This document shows, piece after piece, positions 1 through 7,999 of a DNA stretch of 64,000 nucleotides (positions are counted from its first letter, which is position 1; every line of letters begins with the position of its first letter). The stretch is from Patescibacteria group bacterium (GTDB lineage: Bacteria > Patescibacteriota > Patescibacteriia > UBA1558 > GWA2-36-10), in NCBI GenBank assembly GCA_028718865.1, contig JAQUKX010000003.1, positions 33,214-97,213 of the forward strand. The letters are read 5' to 3'. The position numbers were made by a program, and so were the translations under genes. The notes below the pieces were generated by a model. That model had not been told where the DNA came from, did not search any database, and saw nothing but the letters and a program-made list of their open reading frames with translations.

Positions 1-1123
1 CATAAAAATCAGCAATGGTTTGGATTATTTTTTTACCAGTTAGGCCGGCTTTTTTCGGGTTTATAGAAATGTCCCCCAAAATAGATTTAATGCTATCTAG
101 ATTGGGCTTTAAATTGTTTAATTGGTGGATGGCGATTATCCGATTTAAAGCACCTTCCAGCTCACGGATGTTTTCCTGGATATTTTCAGCCACATAATGA
201 ATTATTTCTTTGTCTAAATCGTAGTTTTTTTCTTGACACTTTAACTCTAAAATAGCCATTCTAGTTTCCAAGTCCGGTGAAGATATATCAGCAATCATCC
301 CCCATTCAAAACGGGAGATAAGACGACTTTCCACCCCTTGGATGGCTTTGGGTGGCCTATCAGATGATAAAACTATTTGTTTATTATTTTGATGCAAGGC
401 GTTGAAAGTGTGGAAAAACTCTTCTTGAGTCTGCTCTTTTCCGCTGATAAACTGGATATCATCGATTAAAAGCACGTCTACGCTACGGTATATTTCCTTA
501 AATTTTTCACTTTGTCCTGATTTTATAGCAAAAATAAAATCATTGGTGAATTTTTCACTGTTGATATAAAGTATTTTTTTATCAGGATCCTTGGATAAAA
601 TATAATTGCCTACTGCCTGGACAAGGTGGGTTTTACCCAAACCCACTCCGCCGTAAATAAATAAAGGGTTATATATTTCCCCGGGTTTTTGGGCAGCAGC
701 ATGGGCAGCAGCATGGGCCAATTCATTGCCTGGACCGACCACAAAGGACTTGAAAGTATAATTGGAATTTAGGCCAAAACGATGATTGTTTTTTGCTTGA
801 GAGTTATTAACAGCCTTGTTTTGAACAATGTTTTTTATTTGAGTATCTTCTCTAATATTAGCAGTTTTTTCCTTATCAGCCACCCTGTAGATAACCTGTA
901 GATTATTTTTTGATAGTGACTTTTCCAGAGCATTGAGGATGTTTTCATGATGCTTTTTTTCCAGCCAAGTTTTAACAAAAGAACTGGGCACCCCGATTAT
1001 TATCTGGTTGTTTTCCATTTCCAAAATAAAGGTATTTTTAAACCAAGTGGTGAAACTGGCTTTACTGATGATGATTTCCAGGTCACCAAGCACGCTTTGC
1101 CAAATTTTTTCCCTATTTTCCAT
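1..1123 (-). CDS. dnaA: Chromosomal replication initiator DnaA. The N-terminus is present (start codon at 1121-1123); the C-terminal DNA-binding domain is cut off by the window edge.
   Basis: Minus-strand translation gives MENREKIWQSVLGDLEIIISKASFTTWFKNTF...YNPLFIYGGVGLGKTHLVQAVGNY (Walker A) ...LLIDDIQF..., the classic DnaA AAA+ signature. The track ORFs at 15..197 and 947..1150 on the plus strand are antisense artefacts. Confidence 0.9.
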   Translation of the reverse strand, partial: MENREKIWQSVLGDLEIIISKASFTTWFKNTFILEMENNQIIIGVPSSFVKTWLEKKHHENILNALEKSLSKNNLQVIYRVADKEKTANIREDTQIKNIVQNKAVNNSQAKNNHRFGLNSNYTFKSFVVGPGNELAHAAAHAAAQKPGEIYNPLFIYGGVGLGKTHLVQAVGNYILSKDPDKKILYINSEKFTNDFIFAIKSGQSEKFKEIYRSVDVLLIDDIQFISGKEQTQEEFFHTFNALHQNNKQIVLSSDRPPKAIQGVESRLISRFEWGMIADISSPDLETRMAILELKCQEKNYDLDKEIIHYVAENIQENIRELEGALNRIIAIHQLNNLKPNLDSIKSILGDISINPKKAGLTGKKIIQTIADFY

Positions 1124-1129
1124 GCCAAA

Positions 1130-1283
1130 ATAATTACTATAATACTATAACACAAAAAATTTTTTCCTAAAACAAGACCTTTATTGATAAATTGTTAATA
1201 AGCTGTTAATAATTGTTGATAACTTTTATAACTTGAAAAAATATCATTAATATGGTATCTTTCCTTCGTTAAAATTAAAAAAT
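1130..1283. promoter_or_regulatory. dnaA-rpmH divergent intergenic region; candidate oriC/DnaA-box cluster.
   Basis: AT-rich sequence with repeated TGTTAATAA / TGTTGATAA 9-mers, which are the reverse complements of TTATTAACA / TTATCAACA and lie one mismatch from the TTATNCACA DnaA box. It sits between divergent dnaA and rpmH. Confidence 0.4.
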
Positions 1284-1421
1284 ATGCCAAAAAGAACATA
1301 TCAACCCAAAAAAAGAAAGAGAGCCAAGACTCATGGCTTTAGATCTCGGATGTCCAGTCCGACTGGTAAGCGAGTTTTGAAAAAGCGCCGCGCCAAAAAA
1401 AGAGCTAAGCTAGTTGTTTAA
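1284..1421 (+). CDS. rpmH: 50S ribosomal protein L34.
   Basis: [45 protein letters not shown] (46 aa, below the ORF-track cutoff). It is in the canonical position upstream of rnpA. Confidence 0.9.
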   Translation: MPKRTYQPKKRKRAKTHGFRSRMSSPTGKRVLKKRRAKKRAKLVV

Positions 1422-1430
1422 TCTTGGCTT

Positions 1431-1784
1431 ATGTTACCCAAAGCCAATCGTTTGACCAAAAATCAAACCATCAAAGATTTGGCTCAGAAAGGCAAAAGTT
1501 TTTTTTTACCAGAGTTTAGCATCAAATATTTAGCCAAGGACAATAAAGGAGGAGACAGTCAGTTTGCCTTTGTTGTTTCTGCCAAGGTGGATAAGCGGGC
1601 AGTAGTTAGAAATCGTCTTACCCGGCAGATGAGAGAAGTGGTTAGGAGTTTTTTACCCAATTTATCTAATGGATATTTTGTGCTAATAATAGCTAAAAAA
1701 AAGGCTTTGAATCTGGATTTTGCTAAAATTAGAGAACAGTTTAGCTTTGCTTTTAAAAAAATAAAAATCTATAATAGTCAGTAA
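1431..1784 (+). CDS. rnpA: RNase P protein component.
   Basis: 117-aa basic protein directly downstream of rpmH with the ...[19 protein letters not shown]... RnpA motif, in the conserved rpmH-rnpA-yidD-yidC order. Confidence 0.85.
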   Translation: MLPKANRLTKNQTIKDLAQKGKSFFLPEFSIKYLAKDNKGGDSQFAFVVSAKVDKRAVVRNRLTRQMREVVRSFLPNLSNGYFVLIIAKKKALNLDFAKIREQFSFAFKKIKIYNSQ

Positions 1785-1786
1785 TA

Positions 1787-2023
1787 ATGATCGCCAAATT
1801 TTTATTATTTTTAATTAGAACTTATCAAAAGACCTTGTCTCCAGACAGTGGTTGGCTGCGTTTTTATTATCCCCATGGTTTTTGCCGCTACTGGCCGACT
1901 TGTTCGCATTATGCTTATCAAGCTATAGAAAAAAAAGGTGCTTTCAAAGGGGTTTTAAAAGCTATTTGGCGTATAATTCGTTGTCATCCCCTGTCAGCAG
2001 GCGGATATGACCCAGTAAAATAA
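1787..2023 (+). CDS. yidD: Membrane protein insertion efficiency factor YidD.
   Basis: 78-aa protein with the YQKTLSP...[15 protein letters not shown] motif typical of YidD; conserved synteny. Confidence 0.8.
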   Translation: MIAKFLLFLIRTYQKTLSPDSGWLRFYYPHGFCRYWPTCSHYAYQAIEKKGAFKGVLKAIWRIIRCHPLSAGGYDPVK

Positions 2024-2029
2024 AAATTT

Positions 2030-2770
2030 ATGGCAATATTTTTTACCTTATTTTATCAACCGATTTTTAACTTTTTGGTTTGGCTCTATAATCATTTGCC
2101 TGGCCAGGATTTGGGTCTGGCAATTATAATCCTTACTTTGGTTATTCGTTTGATTCTTTATATTCCTTCCAAAAAAGCTATAAAAGCCCAAAAAGAATTG
2201 GCCAGCATCCAGCCGGAAATTGACAAAATCAAAGAAGAATACAAAAACGACAAAGAAAAAATGGGTCCGGCATTAATGGCTCTTTATAAAGAAAGGAAAA
2301 TCAATCCTTTTGCCTCTTGCTTGCCCATGCTTATTCAATTACCTTTTATTTTTGCTATTTTTAAGGTATTTTTTGATGGCTTGACCAAAGAAAATGCCAT
2401 GGAAGCGCTTTATCCTTTTGTAGCTAATCCCGGAGTGCTAAATCCAATGGCCTTTGGTTTTTTTGATCTATCAGAAAAAAGCATTATAGTAGCTATTTTG
2501 GCTGGTCTTGGCCAATTTTGGCAAACAAAAATGCTTAGTGCCAGCAATAAAAACGCCAAAGCTTCGCTTAGTTCGTCTTTGAACAAGCAAATGCTCTATA
2601 TTTTCCCGCTTTTCACGGTTTTTATTGGTTCCCGTTTTCCAGCTGGCGTTACTTTTTATTGGCTTTTAACTACTCTTTTTTCTATAGGTCAGCAGTATAT
2701 TGTTTTGGGACGCAAGAAAAAACAGCCGGCCGGCACAGCAGAAGTAGGTGAAGTAATAGATAAAAAATAA
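2030..2770 (+). CDS. yidC: Membrane protein insertase YidC (short form).
   Basis: 246-aa multi-TM protein with a KKQ-rich loop and C-terminal basic tail; synteny with rnpA/yidD. Confidence 0.8.
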   Translation: MAIFFTLFYQPIFNFLVWLYNHLPGQDLGLAIIILTLVIRLILYIPSKKAIKAQKELASIQPEIDKIKEEYKNDKEKMGPALMALYKERKINPFASCLPMLIQLPFIFAIFKVFFDGLTKENAMEALYPFVANPGVLNPMAFGFFDLSEKSIIVAILAGLGQFWQTKMLSASNKNAKASLSSSLNKQMLYIFPLFTVFIGSRFPAGVTFYWLLTTLFSIGQQYIVLGRKKKQPAGTAEVGEVIDKK

Positions 2771-2795
2771 TTCTCTTTTGATAAATAAACAAAAA

Positions 2796-2825
2796 ATGCC
2801 CTTTAAAAAAAGGGTTTTTTGGTGT
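2796..2825 (+). terminator. Intrinsic terminator after yidC.
   Basis: CCCTTTAAAAAAAGGG hairpin followed by a T-run. Confidence 0.5.
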
Positions 2826-2879
2826 TTATATAATTCTGGAGGGAATTAGCTATACGCCCGATGATCAATAGAATCCGCT

Positions 2880-3060
2880 TGTCATCTCACGCTTTCCCTT
2901 CTGTTATTCCCGTCCCCACCTTCGCGGGGATAAACTCCAGCGGCTTGCCTGCTGACAGGCAGGGAATCTGGTCTTTCTCTTTCGTCATTCCCTCGAAAGC
3001 GGGAATCTACTTTGAGATAAAGAAAAGCTAGATTCCGGCTCGGAGGCCGGAATGACAAAA
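2880..3060. repeat. Cluster of modular hairpin repeats (GTCATTCC-N-GGAATCTAG family).
   Basis: Concatenated ~25-30 bp palindromic modules, e.g. TCCCCACCTTCGCGGGGA, GTCATTCCCTCGAAAGCGGGAATCTA and TTCCGGCTCGGAGGCCGGAATGAC. The same modules recur at 5765-5965, 6925-7140 and 7500-7650 in shuffled order and in both orientations. Confidence 0.7.
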
Positions 3061-3065
3061 AGATA

Positions 3066-3812
3066 TTAATCAAAATTTCTCTCACTGCCAACTATGACTT
3101 TGAGTTTTTGCGGCGCTACAGTGATTTCCACCGGAGTCTTCATGATGATTTGTTGGTCAGTTAAAATAGATACTTGATCTTCCTGATTGCTGCCGATTTT
3201 AATTTTGGTAAAAGGCAAAATAGTTTCCGCTATTTTTTTTGAGCCAAAAAGCCCTGATTTTATAGGGGTAATCACTGCTTCTAGTATGCCATCAATAGGG
3301 TTGGACATGGACAGATTTTCATTGGTAGCGAAGTTGTAAAGAGTGATTTTATTTTTTTTGGTAGTGGGCTCTACTTTGAAATCATTGTATTCTATCACTA
3401 CGTCACCGTTTTCAATTTCAGCTGTGTTGATAAAATAGTGGTTGTTTATCTTGCCCAAGTCTATTTTTTTGATAATTCTAGAAGCCAGTACTTCGCAAGC
3501 AGCTTCTTTGGGCGGGATGCCCAGTATTTTGGCAATATTGTTATTGTTGTCTACTGGGATTAACCCTAGAGTCAAATCAAGATCTGCTACGATATTGATC
3601 ACCTTGGCAAAAGTCTGAGCATTGCCAATAGCCACAACCGTATGAATCCCCTCTTTGGCTGCGTCATTTATCAACTCTTTCATGTTTTTGAGTACAGACA
3701 AACGGGCGATTTTTCCTTTAATACCCAAATCAGTCAACCTTTTTTCTATTTTGATCAAAAGGTCAGTGTATTTTTTTTCATTTAAAAAAGAGTCGTAAAT
3801 GTATAAATACAT
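3066..3812 (-). CDS. Diacylglycerol/lipid kinase catalytic-domain protein (YegS/DagK-like).
   Basis: 248 aa; the N-terminal ...IHTVVAIGNAQTFAKVINIV... region matches the DAGK_cat fold arrangement. This is homology inference only. Confidence 0.5.
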   Translation of the reverse strand: MYLYIYDSFLNEKKYTDLLIKIEKRLTDLGIKGKIARLSVLKNMKELINDAAKEGIHTVVAIGNAQTFAKVINIVADLDLTLGLIPVDNNNNIAKILGIPPKEAACEVLASRIIKKIDLGKINNHYFINTAEIENGDVVIEYNDFKVEPTTKKNKITLYNFATNENLSMSNPIDGILEAVITPIKSGLFGSKKIAETILPFTKIKIGSNQEDQVSILTDQQIIMKTPVEITVAPQKLKVIVGSERNFD

Positions 3813-3826
3813 AAAAAATAAGAATT

Positions 3827-4255
3827 TTATTTTTCCTCAACTGTTTCCTTGGCTGATTTTGGCTTAGAAACCGGACTCTCGTCTTGATAGCTGATGTTGC
3901 TCACCGGCATATCAATATTGCCTTTGATTAGGGCTCCGCTTTCCATAGACAGAACTTGAGTTTTGACATCACCTAGAACAAGAGCAGTGCTGCTGAGCTC
4001 TAGCTTTCCTTTGATATGGATATTGCCCTTGACCTTTCCTGAAATAAAAGCATTATTGGCGCTAATATTAGCCTGAATTATAGCATTAGTGCCTATTTTG
4101 AGGTTGTTTTTGGTTTTGATATTGCCTATCAAAACACCTTCGATAATTAAATCTCCTTCGCCTTTGAAATCGCCTTCTACTTTGACAGATGGGCCAATGA
4201 TAGTTTCAACTCCTTTGGAGCTAGGAGCAGCACTGCTTTGCTGTTTATTAAACAT
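3827..4255 (-). CDS. Bactofilin-family cytoskeletal protein.
   Basis: 142 aa of repetitive beta-helix-like segments (GNIKTKNNLKIGTNAIIQANISANNAFISGKVKGNIHIKGKLEL) typical of the bactofilin DUF583 family. Confidence 0.65.
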   Translation of the reverse strand: MFNKQQSSAAPSSKGVETIIGPSVKVEGDFKGEGDLIIEGVLIGNIKTKNNLKIGTNAIIQANISANNAFISGKVKGNIHIKGKLELSSTALVLGDVKTQVLSMESGALIKGNIDMPVSNISYQDESPVSKPKSAKETVEEK

Positions 4256-4515
4256 ATTTTTTATATTTAGACAATTTAATTATAGAGATTTTCTGTTCCT
4301 TTATATTAGCTAAATTAGCGTTTAATGTAAAGAGCATGGACTTTTTTTGCTAGCTATATTAGAATATTTAAAGTAAAAAATGTTCTTATTTTATTTCAGG
4401 GGCATTAAAAATAGGGTAAAATTAAACAACTAAGCTATAAAATATATATTACGACACATTATTTATACTAATATAAAATAGAAAGTAAAAATTTAGTTAA
4501 AATCAAAACCCCTCT

Positions 4516-4590
4516 GACCCCATAGTTTAATGGATAAAACAAGAATCTCCTAAGTTCTGGATCCAGGTTCGATTCCTGGTGGGGTCACCA
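4516..4590 (+). tRNA. tRNA-Arg (anticodon CCT).
   Basis: Cloverleaf with acceptor GACCCCA/TGGGGTC, anticodon stem AGAAT/GTTCT, loop CTCCTAA, T-loop GGTTCGATTCC, and an encoded CCA. Confidence 0.8.
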
Positions 4591-4728
4591 CTTTTTAAAC
4601 CAAACAAAAGACAAAAAAGCACTTTCGTGCTATGATAAAAATATGAGTGCTAGCGACGAAGAAAATCAGTCTGTTTTTAATAAAAATTTAATCCTAATTT
4701 AAATAGGGCTTTTGGCCTGTTTTTTTAT

Positions 4729-5706
4729 TTGTCTATGCTTATAATCACTTTACTTATTTTGGTGTTTTTATCATCTTGGTTTTCCGGTATGGAAATCGCC
4801 ATGTTTTCGCTAACACCAGCCAAGGTAAAAGAGTTGGTTTTGGCCAAAAAGAAAAACGCCTTGCTTTTGGAGAGGCTTTTAAGCAAGAAACACCGGCTTT
4901 TGGTAGTAATTCTTTTGGGCAATAATTTGATAAATATAGTGGCAGCCAGCTTAGCAGCCGTAGCAGCAGTTGAAGCTTTTGGCTCCATTGGCGTGGGTTT
5001 GGCTACTGGCATTATGACTATTTTGATTTTGATCTTTGGTGAAATGTACCCCAAAGCCTATTATCAAATTCATGCGGCCAAAGTAGCTCTGCGCTTTAGT
5101 CCGTTGATTTATGTTTTACAAATTGTTCTTTGGCCTATAGTAGTACTTTTGGAAAAACTGCTCAATATTTTGACTGGCAATAAAAAAAGGGAAAAAGTTT
5201 CGGAAAAAGAGTTCAAAGCCTTGAGCCGTTTGGCTGTAGAAAAAGGAGTTTTGCAATTTAAAGAGCACGAGATGATTATGAATGTGTTGGAGTTCAATGA
5301 CATCAAAGTCAAGCAAATAATGGTACCAAAGTATAAAATGGAGCTTTTGCAGGCGGATGCTCATATTGATCAGGTGGCTTATTTTGTTGGCCAAACAGGC
5401 TTTTCTCGCTATCCAGTTTATCGTAATCAAAAAAACAATGTAATTGGCTATGTCCATGCCATTAGTATTTTGCAAGCCTTAAATAGCGAAAAAAGAGAAG
5501 ATCCAATTTTTGGCTTAGTTAAGCCAATTTTGAAAGTGAATGAAGAAGATAAAATCAATTTGGTGTTTAATCGCATGATCAAAACTCATACTCATATGGC
5601 TTTGGTTTTTAGAAAAAAAGAAGTGGTAGGATTGGTAACTTTAGAAGACTTATTGGAAGAAATAGTTGGAGAAATCAGAGATGAGACCGATGAACCGATT
5701 TCTTAG
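4729..5706 (+). CDS. HlyC/CorC-family (CNNM) transporter with DUF21 plus CBS domains.
   Basis: 325 aa with four N-terminal TM helices, then CBS-pair-like segments (…KVKQIMVPKYKM…VIGYVHAISIL…) and a C-terminal CorC-like region. Confidence 0.7.
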   Translation: MSMLIITLLILVFLSSWFSGMEIAMFSLTPAKVKELVLAKKKNALLLERLLSKKHRLLVVILLGNNLINIVAASLAAVAAVEAFGSIGVGLATGIMTILILIFGEMYPKAYYQIHAAKVALRFSPLIYVLQIVLWPIVVLLEKLLNILTGNKKREKVSEKEFKALSRLAVEKGVLQFKEHEMIMNVLEFNDIKVKQIMVPKYKMELLQADAHIDQVAYFVGQTGFSRYPVYRNQKNNVIGYVHAISILQALNSEKREDPIFGLVKPILKVNEEDKINLVFNRMIKTHTHMALVFRKKEVVGLVTLEDLLEEIVGEIRDETDEPIS

Positions 5707-5764
5707 GAATCAAAATTTTTTGGCTAATACTATATAAAAAACATCTTAAGAAGGTGTTTTTATG

Positions 5765-5965
5765 TTGGAAGTGATTTTCTTTGTCATTCCGATTCCGCCT
5801 GCGCCTGTGGGCTTCGGCGGACAAGCGAGACGAGTGAAACGAGGCGAGTGGAGGAATCTAGTTTTTTCTTTTCGTCATTCCGGCCCCCGAGCCGGAATCT
5901 AGTCTTTCCTTATCTCAAAGTAGATTCCCGCTTTCGCGGGAATGACGAAATAAAAATAATCGTCA
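5765..5965. repeat. Modular hairpin repeat cluster (same family as 2880-3060).
   Basis: Contains TTCGTCATTCCGGCCCCCGAGCCGGAATCTAGTCTTTCCTTATCTCAAAGTAGATTCCCGCTTTCGCGGGAATGACGAAATAAAAA. About 110 bp (5851-5960) reappears identically at 7041-7140. Confidence 0.75.
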
Positions 5966-6133
5966 TTGTAAGACTTTAGGTCTTTAATTTATAATTTTTT
6001 AGGTTTTAAGATAAGAAAAAACTCCGTCTCACTCGCCATTGTGCGAGAGTATTGAGACGGAGTGTTGAGGACTGGCTGATCTGCCAGTTGGAAGTGTTAG
6101 CCGGTCTTTGCTCCTGTGGAGCTACGACAAGAC

Positions 6134-6820
6134 TCAGGAAACTGACTGACGAGCGCGCAGAAAGCCAACGGCAAAGCCAGGAAAGAACCAGCCGACGCGG
6201 AGCCTGCCATTGCCAGCAAGCCAGAAGACGCACGGCACGCCGCCATCGCGGCCGCGCGAACCGGCGCAGAGAGTCCAGTTCTGGACATCAAGATGCTCGT
6301 TGGTCTCCGAGAAATACTTGAGCTCGTAGACCAGCCGCTCGAGCAGAGTCATGGCGTTGACGCCCTGCTGACGAAGCTTGTTGGCCGACAGATTTTTAAG
6401 TTCCTCGTCGGCCTCCACCCGCTCGCGAATCCGAATCGCGTAGTTGCAATCCGAGACACGAACGTTATCAATGACGTCCTTGTCCAGGTCGTCGATGTAG
6501 CTCGACACCGGAAAACACTTCTTCATGGCCTTGAGCACATCGTTGAGCTTCAACCCCTTGGGGATGAAGATGACGCGGTCAAAACCGCCGGCGTTGTCGG
6601 GGATCGAGGCATCGGAGAAGCTCACCGACAAGCGGAAGTACTTGCGGTAGAACTCCTGCCACTCGGACTGAATGTCGGAAATGGCGAAGGGATTCTGACG
6701 CTGGAGGAAAAGCTCCAGCTCTCGCACGGTGATCACACCGTGCTGCAGCTTGTGCATCAGGTCTGCCAGCAAGCCAAGCACTTTGCTCGGCAAGCTACCG
6801 ATCACTTGCTTCTTGCTCAT
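6134..6820 (-). CDS. DGR variable (target) protein, remote paralogue of 24717-25400. GC-rich with a C-terminal variable region.
   Basis: 228 aa and about 65% identical to the 24717-25400 product (shared NPFAISDIQSEWQEFYRKYF...GGFDRVIFIPKGLKLNDVL...RARQSVS). Its C-terminal ~35 codons align to the TR at 25687-25802, with most differences at TR adenines. It has its own TTGACA promoter and GAAAGGAA SD at 6822-6900 and an intrinsic terminator at 6010-6060. Confidence 0.75.
   Translation of the reverse strand: MSKKQVIGSLPSKVLGLLADLMHKLQHGVITVRELELFLQRQNPFAISDIQSEWQEFYRKYFRLSVSFSDASIPDNAGGFDRVIFIPKGLKLNDVLKAMKKCFPVSSYIDDLDKDVIDNVRVSDCNYAIRIRERVEADEELKNLSANKLRQQGVNAMTLLERLVYELKYFSETNEHLDVQNWTLCAGSRGRDGGVPCVFWLAGNGRLRVGWFFPGFAVGFLRARQSVS
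6146..6262 (-). other. DGR variable region VR2 at the 3' end of the remote target gene.
   Basis: Minus-strand sequence GGTTCGCGCGGCCGCGATGGCGGCGTGCCGTGCGTC...CTGCGCGCTCGTCAG aligns along its length with the TR. The 3' 15 nt (CTGCGCGCTCGTCAG, an IMH-like invariant) are identical. Substitutions are mostly at TR A positions, plus a few non-A changes. Confidence 0.7.
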
Positions 6821-6924
6821 GATCAGTTTCCTTTCATGTAAAGGTTCTAGGTATTACCTCGGCCAATTCCGAAGTAATGTATAAGCATAGCTATATTTAC
6901 TATTTTGTCAATGTTTTGGAGTTG

Positions 6925-7140
6925 TCATTCCCGCGAAGGCGGGAATCTAGCCTCTTTTTGGTTCAAAGTAGATTTCTCGACTACGCTCGAAATGACAGAA
7001 GGGAAAGGCTAGATCCCGCAATCCGCCAGCTGGCGGACGAGTGGAGGAATCTAGTTTTTTCTTTTCGTCATTCCGGCCCCCGAGCCGGAATCTAGTCTTT
7101 CCTTATCTCAAAGTAGATTCCCGCTTTCGCGGGAATGACG
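6925..7140. repeat. Modular hairpin repeat cluster.
   Basis: Modules GTCATTCCCGCGAAGGCGGGAATCTAG and others, plus the exact ~110-bp copy of 5851-5960. It flanks the remote DGR target on the opposite side to the 5765-5965 cluster. Confidence 0.75.
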
Positions 7141-7221
7141 AAATAAAAAATCATGGTTTGACATTTGACAATTAGCATGCTATGATACCCCCATAGGGTA
7201 TAATGATATTTATTTAAAACA

Positions 7222-7482
7222 ATGAAAAAAGCCTGTTGTCCAGAAAAAATAATTTCCCAGCTCCATCGTATTGAAGGGCAAGTGCGTTCGGTGGAGAAAA
7301 TGTATAATGAAAAAAGGGACATTGAAGAAATTGCCAGAGTAGTCAAGGCTGCTCGGGCTTCTATGGATTCTTTGAGCAAACTGCTTATCAATGATAAGAT
7401 AAGTGGGTGCTATGATGGCAAAAAATCAGTGGATAAAAAAGAAGTTGGTCGCTTGATAAATATTTTATTTGATATAACATAA
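7222..7482 (+). CDS. CsoR/RcnR/FrmR-family metal-sensing transcriptional repressor.
   Basis: 86 aa; KIISQLHRIEGQVRSVEKMYNEKRDIEEIARVVKAARASMDSLSKLLI matches the RcnR/CsoR helix pattern. An N-terminal CC and an internal Cys are present. Confidence 0.6.
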   Translation: MKKACCPEKIISQLHRIEGQVRSVEKMYNEKRDIEEIARVVKAARASMDSLSKLLINDKISGCYDGKKSVDKKEVGRLINILFDIT

Positions 7483-7499
7483 AAAAGTTTAGAAATTAA

Positions 7500-7650
7500 C
7501 TAGATTCCCGCTTTCGCGGGAATGACAGAAGGGAAAGGCTAGATTCCCTGCCTACCGGTCTTCGACTCCGAGGTCGCTCAGACTTGAGGAGCAGGCAGGT
7601 CGCTGGAGCTTATCCCCGCGAAGGTGGGGACGGGAATGACATAAATAACA
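7500..7650. repeat. Modular hairpin repeat cluster.
   Basis: TAGATTCCCGCTTTCGCGGGAATGAC ... CCCCGCGAAGGTGGGGACGGGAATGAC. It is an inverted arrangement of the modules seen at 2880-3060. Confidence 0.7.
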
Positions 7651-7667
7651 ATTAATTAAAAAATAAC

Positions 7668-7994
7668 ATGGCATTAGAAATTACCGATCAAAATTTTGAT
7701 CAAGAAGTAAAAAATTTTAAGGGACTAGTCTTGGTAGATTTTTGGGCTGCTTGGTGTGGACCTTGTAAAATGCAAGGACCAATAATTGATCAATTAGCCG
7801 AGGAATTAAAAGATAAAAGTGAAGTAAAAATAAGCAAGTTGAATGTGGATGAAGCTCGAGTCAAAGCTCAAGAAGAAGAGGTGATGAGCATCCCTACTTT
7901 AAAACTTTTTAAAGACGGGCAAGTAGTGGAAACTTTAGTTGGTTTACAAAGTAAGGAAAGTTTACTAGAGCTTATCAATAAACATTTAGCCTAA
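7668..7994 (+). CDS. trxA: Thioredoxin.
   Basis: 108 aa with the WAAWCGPCK active site. Confidence 0.9.
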   Translation: MALEITDQNFDQEVKNFKGLVLVDFWAAWCGPCKMQGPIIDQLAEELKDKSEVKISKLNVDEARVKAQEEEVMSIPTLKLFKDGQVVETLVGLQSKESLLELINKHLA

Positions 7995-7999
7995 AAAAT

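Noticed and set aside
15-1150. Track ORFs 15..197(+) and 947..1150(+)
   Set aside because: They are antisense to the well-supported dnaA reading frame.
6006-6841. Track ORFs 6006..6233(-), 6052..6321(+), 6097..6291(-), 6293..6841(+) overlapping the remote DGR target
   Set aside because: All lie within or antisense to the GC-rich gene 6134-6820. High GC suppresses stop codons and creates long spurious frames. Only the minus-strand 228-aa frame has a promoter, SD, terminator and a paralogue.
2880-7650. Possible CRISPR array suggested by recurring ~27-bp palindromic units (GTCATTCCCGCGAAAGCGGGAATCTAG etc.)
   Set aside because: Units are heterogeneous and occur in both orientations. They are directly abutted without unique spacers of regular length, and no cas genes are nearby. 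This fits REP/MITE-like dispersed hairpin repeats better.
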